In this document: positions 9,166 to 16,595 of the stretch, piece by piece
How positions within the stretch are numbered: position 1 is the first letter of the stretch
How the letters are laid out: every line of letters starts with the position of its first letter
Assembly: GCA_016928855.1 (NCBI GenBank)
Contig: JAFGKA010000037.1
Location: forward strand, 1 to 26,405
Length of the DNA stretch: 26,405 nt
Source of the DNA: Phycisphaerae bacterium
GTDB taxonomy: Bacteria; Planctomycetota; Phycisphaerae; UBA1845; PWPN01
Direction: 5' to 3'
Made by a program: the position numbers and the translations under genes
The notes under the pieces: model-generated
The model's input: only the letters and a program-made list of their open reading frames with translations
Told to the model about the DNA's origin: nothing
Database searches by the model: none

Positions 9166-9664
9166 AAGTACGCGCCCGGGCGCCACTCTCCGCGTGCCAC
9201 TGCTCGCAGAGCTTGCTGTTATCCACATTCGTCCTATCTGATCAGCGGCTGCAGGGCTGCTACGTCAAAACCGCCCGCCGTCATCGGCGTTCGCCTCCGC
9301 CTGAATTCCAACTTCTTGCACCGGGCCTCCGCCGCCCGCGCCCCGGGAAGGGGCTCCATCGGTGTGCAGACCTCTCCTATACCCACCGGGCCGATCCAGG
9401 TCCAGCCCCTCGCATCAAGACAAAGGGCATGGGCCGCAGGAAAGACGGCGCAGCAGGCTGCCCCGCATTTCGCACTACTGATCTACTGCTGGCCTGTTCA
9501 ACTGTTCTCGCCCGAAGGGCGTCGTGTGCCGCTGCTTTCGAGCAGTCCTCACTTCCGCTGGTGGATTCGAGGGCCGTCCGCACGCCTGGAAGAAACGGCC
9601 GGCAGCGGCGCTTGGTGCACCGCCGCCGGCTGTGGTTTGGGGCACGTGGGGCGAGCGCCGGGTA

Positions 9665-9713
9665 CCACTGCCGGCTTGCCCGCAGGGTGCCACTGGCGGC
9701 TTGCCCGCCAGTG
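9665..9713. repeat. Tandem near-identical 19-nt units forming hairpins, immediately 3' of the large minus-strand gene. Unit sequences are ccactgccggcttgcccgc and ccactggcggcttgcccgc.
   Basis: Direct repeat with 1 mismatch at 9665-9683 and 9690-9708. The second unit forms a perfect 9-bp stem (cactggcgg / ccgccagtg) with a 5-nt loop. No U-tract follows on either strand. Shares gggtgccactgg and cccgccagtg with the 21055-21100 region. Confidence 0.5.
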
Positions 9714-9731
9714 TGACGCCCGTCAAGCGGT

Positions 9732-12700
9732 TTATTCCTCGTCGATCGTGAACTCGATCGTGACCGGCTCGCTGACCGAGCCGGCCGGCGTCGAGACACT
9801 GCCGGCTGCCGGCGAGTTCAGGTCGATGCCCGAATTCAGCACGCCGATATTCGCCGCTGGCACGAGCCGCAGAACGTAGTCGCCCGGATCGAGGTTCGTT
9901 GTGTCGATCGTGCCGGTCGCCAGCGAGTACGAGCCGAGCGCATCCAGCAGCAACGCCTCCTTGCGGGCGTCGAGGCCGACGCCCCAGGTGCTGTTGCCGG
10001 TCCAGCTCTTGCCGCTCAGCCGCCAAGGATCCCAGTTCAGGTACCCCGCGCCGACCTGCTCCAGCAGCCCCGGCGCCGCGTTGTAACCCGTGCTCGAAAG
10101 GGCGTTCATGCCCGGCCCGCCCGCGCTGCCCGAAGCCGTGACGGCCGCACCGGTCTCCGGCTGGCCGTCCGGCCCGGCGACGGCGAACGAATCGGCCCAC
10201 GTGCCCGTGCCAAGCGTAATACCGGCCAGCGGCCCGGTCGCCGAACCTTCACGCAGTTCGAGACCGAACGCGAAGCTCGCCAGCCCCTGATTCGAGCCGG
10301 TCACCTCGACAATCGCCTCCCAGTCCACCGCCGTGCCGGCGCTGATCGTCTGCTGATCCTGGTCGCTGTCGAGCGTGAAGGTGACGTCGACGCTTTCGAG
10401 CAAACCACCGCCGCCCGACATACCTGCCATCTCGAGACCGCCGCCACTTGGACAACCTCCAGCCGGCGGCCGGTTGGGGCCATTGAAGCAGGCCGCGAAC
10501 ACGCCGAAATCGGTCAAGTCTACATCGCCGTCGGACTCGGTGTCGTGGCAAAAGCACGTCTCATTGGCAGTGGCATGTGGCCGGTTGGGCCCGTTAAAGC
10601 AACTGGCAAAGACGCCGAAATCAGTCAAATCGACGTCACCATCGCCGTCCACGTCGACCGTTGGCTCGTTGCATGATGCGACATATTCGTCCATGCCAAC
10701 GTCAACACGTCCGTAGACCACGCGTGGGTCGCCCTCGATGTCGGTCTCGTATTGGGCAGGCGTGAAGCTTGGATCGCCGGTGTTCAGACAGGGCGACTCC
10801 CACGTGAGATAGAAGTCGTTGTCGGGGTCCGCATCCTCGCCGTCCGGATCAAGGAACTCGGGGTCCGCACTGAAATTCGTTCCCGAGGTCATGCCGTAGA
10901 CGTCAGAGTAGTTCACCGACATAGCCCCGTCGTTGAGGATTTCAGAGCCCAAGGGTGCACTGTTGCCCCAGAGAATCGAATTGCGGACTATTAAGGTTTC
11001 ATCGCCATCCACGTACATCGCACCGCCTGCGCTACCGGCTTCGTTGTCGCTGAATGTGCAGTGTTCAATCGCACCGTCACCCTCATCATCGGTCACGAGC
11101 CAGATACCCCCGCCTCCGTACCAGGTGGCCTCATTGGTCGTGATGCGCGAATCGCGAAGGATGATGCCGCGCCCATCGCTGGAGATACCACCCCCGAAGA
11201 ACGCAGATCCGTTCTCAGAGATCGCACAGTACTGAAACGTGGGAGTCTGAGGCGTGAGAATCTCCGGATCCGAGACACAAGATACACCGCCTCCCCAAGA
11301 ATAGTAGTATTGGCCGCCTGAATACACCGAGCCCTTCACTTCATTGAGCCTGATCCGGCATGCGAGAAACGTGGTATCGCTTGCGTAACAGTCGACGCCG
11401 CCACCGCAAGCGGGGTAGTTGGTTTGGCCTGCTAGGTTGGATTCGATCGTGCAGGCAATCATTGCGCTCCCCGGCGCCACGTTGATCTCTACCCCTCCGC
11501 CAAAAGCGAGTGCGTAGTTGTCATAGATGGCACAATTGACGATCGAGACGTCACAGTCCGTGATCAGGATGCCACCGCCTATGTCGGTGGCGCCGCCTCC
11601 GGTTCCGTCTGCATATCCGCCGCGAATATGAAAGCCGTCCAGAATCGCGTCTCCGCTTGTCGACGTGGCCGCTACAACGTGATATGAGTTGTCAGAACGG
11701 TTGGTGAAATTGACTCCATCGTTGTTATTCAAGTCGCCATCGAGAATTGTCTCGTTGTTGAATGGGTCACGATCGCCCCGAGAGCTTTCCGTGCCGGCGA
11801 ATCCGCCGTATACGTCAATGCCATCGCGAAGGAGGAAGGTGTACGTCCTGCCCGACGTTGTGGTAGGATTGTACGTACCCTCTGCGACCCAGATCTCCTG
11901 GCCTGTACGTGAGTATTGCAGCGCGTCAAAGAGTTCGATATATGCCGTGCTCCAGCTTGTTCCGTTGGTGGTGCCTCCGGCGTGTTGCTTGACATAGACC
12001 ACCTCGCACACGTCACCGACACCGTCTGTGTCTGCATCGGCCTGGTCGGAGTTCTCCGTGTTCGGGCAGTTGTCGTCGCAGTTCTGGGTCTGGCCGCCCG
12101 TGCAGTACCCAGCGCCCCCGTCGTCGGGGATCCCGTCGCAGTCGCTGTCGAGCGCCATTGGCGCGTCTGTTCCGCAGATCTTCCATTCACCGTTGCTCGG
12201 CGTAATGTTGATGTTCTGCGGCAGGCCTTCTTCAGAGCACACATCCGCGAGGTTGTCGGCACAGATGTTGAAACTCTGAATCGCATCATAGACGGTTACG
12301 GCGCCAATGATGGAGCCCTCAAACACGATGCTTCCGCTCACGGCTTCGTCGACGTCTTGTACGACGATGCTTGCGCCATAGGCGAGGTCGCCATCGACTT
12401 CGATGCTCGGAAAGCTGCAGGAAATCACGCCCGTTATATTCCCTCCGACACCGGGGGCGACGTAGTCGTCTAGGAGGTAGACCGCACCGCCGTCGCCATT
12501 GGACTTCTGGTGGACATACACAGAACCGAGATTGCCCGAGATGTCTGTGCTCAGGACATTCGTGGCAACCGCGCTTGGGCCACCCGTCAAGTTGATCACC
12601 CCAACGGAACTTGCATATGTAATTTCCACGTTGACATAGCCTTCCGCGTTGCCGGAAAGGTTCAGGCCGATGTAGCTGATGATACCATCGCATCGGACGA

Positions 12701-12917
12701 GGTACGGCTGGTAACTGGTCATCAGGAACAAGACGCTGGGGTTGTCCCCCTGGGTTATGTCGAACCGTGACGTGTCGTAGTCATACCAATTCTGTCCGTC
12801 ATCGTCGCTGACCTCGAGTGTGGCAGCCCGCGTGGGAATAGCCGCGCCGAGGATCGCCAGCGCGCCGATGAGGGCGCCGGCCAAGCGTACGTCCGCGTGG
12901 CAACGTCGTGTCTCCAT
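9732..12917 (-). CDS. Large secreted right-handed parallel beta-helix (Pmp-like / pectin-lyase-fold) protein, 1062 aa, with a thrombospondin type-3 Ca-binding repeat and two dockerin-type repeats. Start chosen at internal ATG 12917.
   Basis: Signal peptide METRRCHADVRLAGALIGALAILGAAIPTRA. RBS AGGAGAAAG before ATG 12917. Beta-helix rungs with GGG/GGA[IVM] and FxxN-type motifs (FSDNEAGSAGGAMYV). C-terminal DPEFLDPDGEDADPDNDFYL element. TSP3-like DSDCDGIPDD...CDDNCPNTENSDQADADTDGVGDVCE. Two DVDGDGDVDLTDFGVFA(S/A)CFNGPN dockerin-like repeats. Confidence 0.88.
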   Translation of the reverse strand: METRRCHADVRLAGALIGALAILGAAIPTRAATLEVSDDDGQNWYDYDTSRFDITQGDNPSVLFLMTSYQPYLVRCDGIISYIGLNLSGNAEGYVNVEITYASSVGVINLTGGPSAVATNVLSTDISGNLGSVYVHQKSNGDGGAVYLLDDYVAPGVGGNITGVISCSFPSIEVDGDLAYGASIVVQDVDEAVSGSIVFEGSIIGAVTVYDAIQSFNICADNLADVCSEEGLPQNINITPSNGEWKICGTDAPMALDSDCDGIPDDGGAGYCTGGQTQNCDDNCPNTENSDQADADTDGVGDVCEVVYVKQHAGGTTNGTSWSTAYIELFDALQYSRTGQEIWVAEGTYNPTTTSGRTYTFLLRDGIDVYGGFAGTESSRGDRDPFNNETILDGDLNNNDGVNFTNRSDNSYHVVAATSTSGDAILDGFHIRGGYADGTGGGATDIGGGILITDCDVSIVNCAIYDNYALAFGGGVEINVAPGSAMIACTIESNLAGQTNYPACGGGVDCYASDTTFLACRIRLNEVKGSVYSGGQYYYSWGGGVSCVSDPEILTPQTPTFQYCAISENGSAFFGGGISSDGRGIILRDSRITTNEATWYGGGGIWLVTDDEGDGAIEHCTFSDNEAGSAGGAMYVDGDETLIVRNSILWGNSAPLGSEILNDGAMSVNYSDVYGMTSGTNFSADPEFLDPDGEDADPDNDFYLTWESPCLNTGDPSFTPAQYETDIEGDPRVVYGRVDVGMDEYVASCNEPTVDVDGDGDVDLTDFGVFASCFNGPNRPHATANETCFCHDTESDGDVDLTDFGVFAACFNGPNRPPAGGCPSGGGLEMAGMSGGGGLLESVDVTFTLDSDQDQQTISAGTAVDWEAIVEVTGSNQGLASFAFGLELREGSATGPLAGITLGTGTWADSFAVAGPDGQPETGAAVTASGSAGGPGMNALSSTGYNAAPGLLEQVGAGYLNWDPWRLSGKSWTGNSTWGVGLDARKEALLLDALGSYSLATGTIDTTNLDPGDYVLRLVPAANIGVLNSGIDLNSPAAGSVSTPAGSVSEPVTIEFTIDEE
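10468..10658 (-). repeat. Intragenic tandem duplication, 111-nt period (37 codons), about 75% identical, encoding the two dockerin-like Ca-binding repeats.
   Basis: Unit A starts ggccggttggggccattgaagcaggccgcgaacacgccgaaatcggtcaag (10468). Unit B starts ggccggttgggcccgttaaagcaactggcaaagacgccgaaatcagtcaaa (10579). The offset is exactly 111 nt. Protein repeats DVDLTDFGVFA(S/A)CFNGPNRP. Confidence 0.8.
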
Positions 12918-13278
12918 CGTCTTTCTCCTGTCTTGCGTGGAATTGTGTGGGTTCTCGCTGGCCGGTGGGCGACTCACCCGCAGCGCCGGCCCCTTTCTCG
13001 ATCTGCGGCATAGGGTATTCCGCAAGACGATCAGCGTCAACGGGTTGGCGCTCGCCGTGCGCCGCAGAGCCGGATCGACAGAAATGTTCAACGCCAAGCT
13101 GCGTTTCCGCCGATAGATGGCCCGAGGAGTCTGTCGGTCCGTGTGTTACGCCGCGAGGGCACGGTTCCGAGCGTCAGGGAGGACGCGCCATGCCCACCCA
13201 ATGCGGACTGGCACACCCCGGCACGATTCGACCCTCGTTGATTTCGGGCTCGATACGCAATCAGAAAGGGGCTTACCC

Positions 13279-14397
13279 ATGAGTTCGACGACAAGGCTGG
13301 CTGCCGTGGTTCTCCTGTGGATTTCCCAGATGTGCCTTGGCGATGCTTCGGTCCAGGCCCTGGACTTTCCGGCCTACGGCGTTTCCGCCGACGGTCGCGT
13401 TCCAATTGGTGTGGGGCGCGGGCCGGTCCCCTCGCCTGCGTATCAGTGGTCGGAAGTGGGCGGGACGACGCTATTGGGGGCAATTCCGGACGGCCATTCT
13501 ACGTTTGCCTGGGGGGCCTCGGCCAATGGCTCCGTCATTGCGGGCTCGGGCAGCACCGACGGCTTCCGGTGGACAGCCAGCCAAGGGTTCGAAACCTACA
13601 CATCGCAGCTCGGCCAACCGTTCTGGGCCTATGGCGTCACGGGTGACGGCACAACCGTTGTCGGGAGGACGCTGGTCGGCGGCCTGGAGGTGGCGGCCAC
13701 CGTCAGCGCGGCCGGCAGTCTTTCGGTCCTCGGCGATCTGCCTGGCGGCCGAACGGAAGCGAAGGCGCGTGGCGTTTCGATGGACGGAGGCGTGATCGTT
13801 GGCTATGGAGTCTCCGAGGACGCCGAGGCACTCGGGTTCTCCGGTTACGAAGCTTTTCGCTGGACATCCGAGCAAGGCATGATTGGCCTCGGCAGCCTGC
13901 CGGGAGACAGGTATGATACAGTCGCGAACGCGGTATCCGCGGACGGAACCGTGGTGGTAGGGCTGGGTACTGCAGCCGACGGAGCCCAGGAGGCGTTCCG
14001 CTGGACCGCGGACGAGGGCATGACCGGCCTGGGTCGCCTTTCCGCCGTCGCCTGGGCCGCAAGCCGGGCGAACGACGTATCCCTGGACGGTTCCGTCATT
14101 GTGGGCTCCAGCACGTCTGACGGCTATCCCGGTCAAGAAGCGTTCATCTGGGACGCCGAGCACGGTATGCGAAGCCTCTTCGATGTGCTTTCGGAGCAGT
14201 ACGGTCTCGACCTGACCGGCTGGCAGCTTAACGAAGCACGCGGCATTTCCGACGACGGGCTCACGATTGTCGGCAACGGACGGGCGCCCGATGGCACGTT
14301 CGGCGGCTGGGTCGTCCGCGTCCCCGAGCCGGCGACGCTGCTCTTCGTCGGCGTGGGCACGGCGTTCCTCTCGCGCCGCCGCCTGAACGTAGCCTGA
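13279..14397 (+). CDS. HAF-family extracellular repeat protein with a C-terminal PEP-CTERM sorting signal, 372 aa. Start chosen at ATG 13279.
   Basis: Signal peptide MSSTTRLAAVVLLWISQMCLGDASVQA with RBS AGAAAGGGG upstream. Six-plus repeats of the pattern (A/S)xGxSxDG(S/T)V(I/V)VGxxx...EAFRWTxxxGMxGLGxLPG (HAF repeat). C-terminus VPEPATLLFVGVGTAFLSRRRLNVA is a canonical PEP-CTERM motif plus TM helix plus basic tail. Confidence 0.88.
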   Translation: MSSTTRLAAVVLLWISQMCLGDASVQALDFPAYGVSADGRVPIGVGRGPVPSPAYQWSEVGGTTLLGAIPDGHSTFAWGASANGSVIAGSGSTDGFRWTASQGFETYTSQLGQPFWAYGVTGDGTTVVGRTLVGGLEVAATVSAAGSLSVLGDLPGGRTEAKARGVSMDGGVIVGYGVSEDAEALGFSGYEAFRWTSEQGMIGLGSLPGDRYDTVANAVSADGTVVVGLGTAADGAQEAFRWTADEGMTGLGRLSAVAWAASRANDVSLDGSVIVGSSTSDGYPGQEAFIWDAEHGMRSLFDVLSEQYGLDLTGWQLNEARGISDDGLTIVGNGRAPDGTFGGWVVRVPEPATLLFVGVGTAFLSRRRLNVA

Positions 14398-14432
14398 GTC
14401 TTGACAATCCCGAACGACCAAGGAGTCAATCC

Positions 14433-15203
14433 CTACGAGGACGGCTGACTGGCCGGGCGGGAATGGGTTGGCGATCGAAGCTCCGCAGGCGCCGCCGGCG
14501 AGGCCAGCCACTCCTGCCACCAGACATCAAACGCCGCCACAATTCTCTTGTACGCCTCCGGATCGGCTTCGGCCAGCACACTCAGCGGCCGATACCCCAG
14601 CCGCACGGTCCGGACCACGGGCAGCGCCTGGCCCCGCACCCACTCGATCGAAACAGTCTCGCCCGGCGCCCGCTTCGCCACCATCGCGGAAAACGCCTGA
14701 CCCGAGGGATCCGCGGGAAACGCCTGGCCGTCGCACCGGACGATTAGGTCACCCGGCCGTAACCCCGCCCGGTCAGCCGCCGTGTCCCGGAAGACCTGGA
14801 GCACCTCGATCCACATCGCATCGACCGCCACGCGCGGATCCATGGCCTGCAGCCGCGGTCGCTGACGAATTCCCAGAAACCCGCCCTGCTGGCGGGTGTA
14901 CTGCTGCGAAAACACCGACTCGGCCAGTTCGCGAATGCGCAGCCGGACCTCGTGCCGCTGCGTCTGCTCATAGGCCCGCCGCAGCGCCGGGAGACTGACC
15001 GCGCCGCCGTCACTCAGCGTCTCGGCCGCGGCCCGCCGCACCGACCACCGCGGATCCGCCAGGTCCCGAGCCGCCTGCTCGACGGCCGCGGGTCGCGTCG
15101 CCGCGGCGGCTGGCGCCGTCGTCGGCGCAGCCGAAACGCTCGACACGTCTCCGGAGACGCCGAGCCACCACGCCAACCCGAGCCCAAGCAGCCACTGAAT
15201 CAT
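14433..15203 (-). CDS. Secreted PDZ-domain protein with an N-terminal HEAT/PBS-lyase-like repeat. Start chosen at ATG 15203.
   Basis: Signal-peptide-like MIQWLLGLGLAWWLGVSG. DPRWSVRRAAAETLSDGG (HEAT-like). PDZ core GLRPGDLIVRCDGQAF...GETVSIEWVRG. GC3-biased codons. A start at 15203 avoids overlap with the convergent upstream gene end. Confidence 0.65.
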   Translation of the reverse strand: MIQWLLGLGLAWWLGVSGDVSSVSAAPTTAPAAAATRPAAVEQAARDLADPRWSVRRAAAETLSDGGAVSLPALRRAYEQTQRHEVRLRIRELAESVFSQQYTRQQGGFLGIRQRPRLQAMDPRVAVDAMWIEVLQVFRDTAADRAGLRPGDLIVRCDGQAFPADPSGQAFSAMVAKRAPGETVSIEWVRGQALPVVRTVRLGYRPLSVLAEADPEAYKRIVAAFDVWWQEWLASPAAPAELRSPTHSRPASQPSS

Positions 15204-15240
15204 CGGAACGCCCCGCCGTCGCCCGTGCGCCTGGCCCGGC

Positions 15241-16290
15241 CTACCGCTGCGGCACGACCACGGCCTGCTGGCCGTGTTCAAGCAGCCACTGGGCCTTTCG
15301 CTCGATCATCCGCAGGAACCGGAAGCCTTCCATGCGACCGAACGATCCGGTCGCCGCAATCGGAAGAACCGCCTCCGCGATGACCGCCTCGATCATCAGA
15401 TACGGCAGCGCCTGCACGTCTTCTTCCCGCAGCGCGTGTGTCTCGTCATAGCCGAGCAGAAAATGCCGCAAGCGTGCCTCATCCGGCGCGGGCGGCCACT
15501 GCAGCGGGTCACTGCCGCCGCCGAGAATGGAGAATTGCAGCGCCCCGTTGGCCACATCCAGCACACGCGGCACCCGGCGCAGCGAATCGAAATCAATCAC
15601 ACCCGACACACGGCTGTTGACGAACAGCATGTTGCCCGGATGCCAGTCGGAATGAATGATCTGCGGCGGCCAGTGCGCGAAACCGAGTTCGTCCACCACA
15701 CTTGCCGCACGATCGTAGACATCGAATAAGCGCGATACCGTCGAGAGAAGCTCCGATTCGTGGCCGGCCACGCTGTCATTGCTCCCCGCCGCCGACGGCA
15801 CGCCGTTCAAGCTCGTACGAACCCCATTGTTGTTGTGGTACGCGGTGTGCGACGGCTCCCAGTCGCTCTCGTACACCTCGAGCAGCCGATGGAACAAACC
15901 GAGCACCCGGCCCGCGTCGCAGGCCGCCTCGACCGTGGCGTCGAATGGCCCGCCCGGCAGATACTCGAACACCTCGTAAATCGCGTCGGACCACGAGAGC
16001 ATCGTGTCGCCTTCGTCCCGCGTCGGCTGCAGCCGCGGCAGCGGAAACTCCCCCTCGGCCAGGTACCGCTGGACGGCGTGCGAGAAGGCGACCTTGAGCA
16101 CGTGATCCCGTCCCGGCGCCCGACGCTTGAGAAGATAGCGACCCCGGTCCGTGGTGATGATGAGTTTGGGCGACTTGCGCGAACCCTTCAGGAGCGGATC
16201 GATCCGCTCAATGCCGCCGAGGTCATAGTGGCTCAGGACCGCAACGAGTTCCGCTTTCTCGAATTCAGCTCTGGGACGGTTGGATGGCAC
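15241..16290 (-). CDS. Phosphotransferase enzyme family protein (APH / homoserine-kinase-II-like kinase fold). Start uncertain: the track ORF runs to 16440, but the likely start is GTG/TTG near 16290-16293.
   Basis: Catalytic-loop motif IIHSDWHPGNMLF and metal-binding VIDFD. N-terminal VLSHYDLG...LIITTDRGRYLLKRR nucleotide-positioning region. The 16294-16440 extension is Arg-rich, overlaps a low-GC palindromic non-coding-looking stretch, and has no ATG before the domain. Confidence 0.75.
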   Translation of the reverse strand: MPSNRPRAEFEKAELVAVLSHYDLGGIERIDPLLKGSRKSPKLIITTDRGRYLLKRRAPGRDHVLKVAFSHAVQRYLAEGEFPLPRLQPTRDEGDTMLSWSDAIYEVFEYLPGGPFDATVEAACDAGRVLGLFHRLLEVYESDWEPSHTAYHNNNGVRTSLNGVPSAAGSNDSVAGHESELLSTVSRLFDVYDRAASVVDELGFAHWPPQIIHSDWHPGNMLFVNSRVSGVIDFDSLRRVPRVLDVANGALQFSILGGGSDPLQWPPAPDEARLRHFLLGYDETHALREEDVQALPYLMIEAVIAEAVLPIAATGSFGRMEGFRFLRMIERKAQWLLEHGQQAVVVPQR

Positions 16291-16310
16291 CAAATCATTC
16301 TCGCGGCACG

Positions 16311-16350
16311 TATAGGATCCCTGGATTCCCGATATCCCGATCCTATCGGG
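16311..16350. promoter_or_regulatory. Low-GC nested palindromes (tataggatcc / gatcctat and cccgata / tatcggg around a central gatatc) in the divergent region between the APH-kinase gene and yqiJK. Candidate operator or promoter element.
   Basis: ataggatc (16313-16320) is the exact reverse complement of gatcctat (16339-16346). cccgata (16328-16334) pairs with tatcggg (16344-16350). The 3' arms overlap, so the two structures are mutually exclusive. The local AT-rich island sits in an otherwise 67% GC context. Confidence 0.35.
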
Positions 16351-16595
16351 GGCGACAGACGGGGTCAAACGCCGCTGACGCCCGCGCCAGGGCCCCTGTG
16401 GGCCGCCGGCATGGTGATAAACTTTGCCGGCAATTATCATGGCGTGCCGGCCCGGCTCGTTGTATGCTTTGGACAGGACGCAGCGGCGGCGCGCGGGCGG
16501 TGCGGCCGAATCGGCCCCCTCGGATCGCGCGAAGCGATGCCGCCGGTAGACGACACCGTGGCTGCCCGAGCCTGGAAACGAGCATAGGTGAAGCG

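Noticed and set aside
9213-9879. ORFs of 167 and 187 aa drawn inside the 566-nt convergent intergenic gap.
   Set aside because: The translations are dominated by R, P, A and G with no hydrophobic-core periodicity or start-site signals. I treat the gap as non-coding (see the finding for 9166..9731).
10375-10716. 113-aa plus-strand ORF with an internally repeated peptide (GPLKQ.A.TPKSVKSTSPS twice).
   Set aside because: The repeat is simply the antisense reading of the 111-nt tandem duplication that encodes the two dockerin repeats of the minus-strand giant gene. It is not an independent gene and not a CRISPR-like array.
13471-14520. 349-aa minus-strand ORF opposite the HAF-repeat gene. Likewise 19583..20704(+) opposite the TPR gene, 21277..22800(-) opposite the propeller-deacetylase gene, and 15760..16587(+) opposite the kinase gene.
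   Set aside because: Each is antisense to a gene with clear repeats, domains or a signal peptide. Their composition (Arg, Pro, Gly runs) is typical of GC-rich antisense frames.
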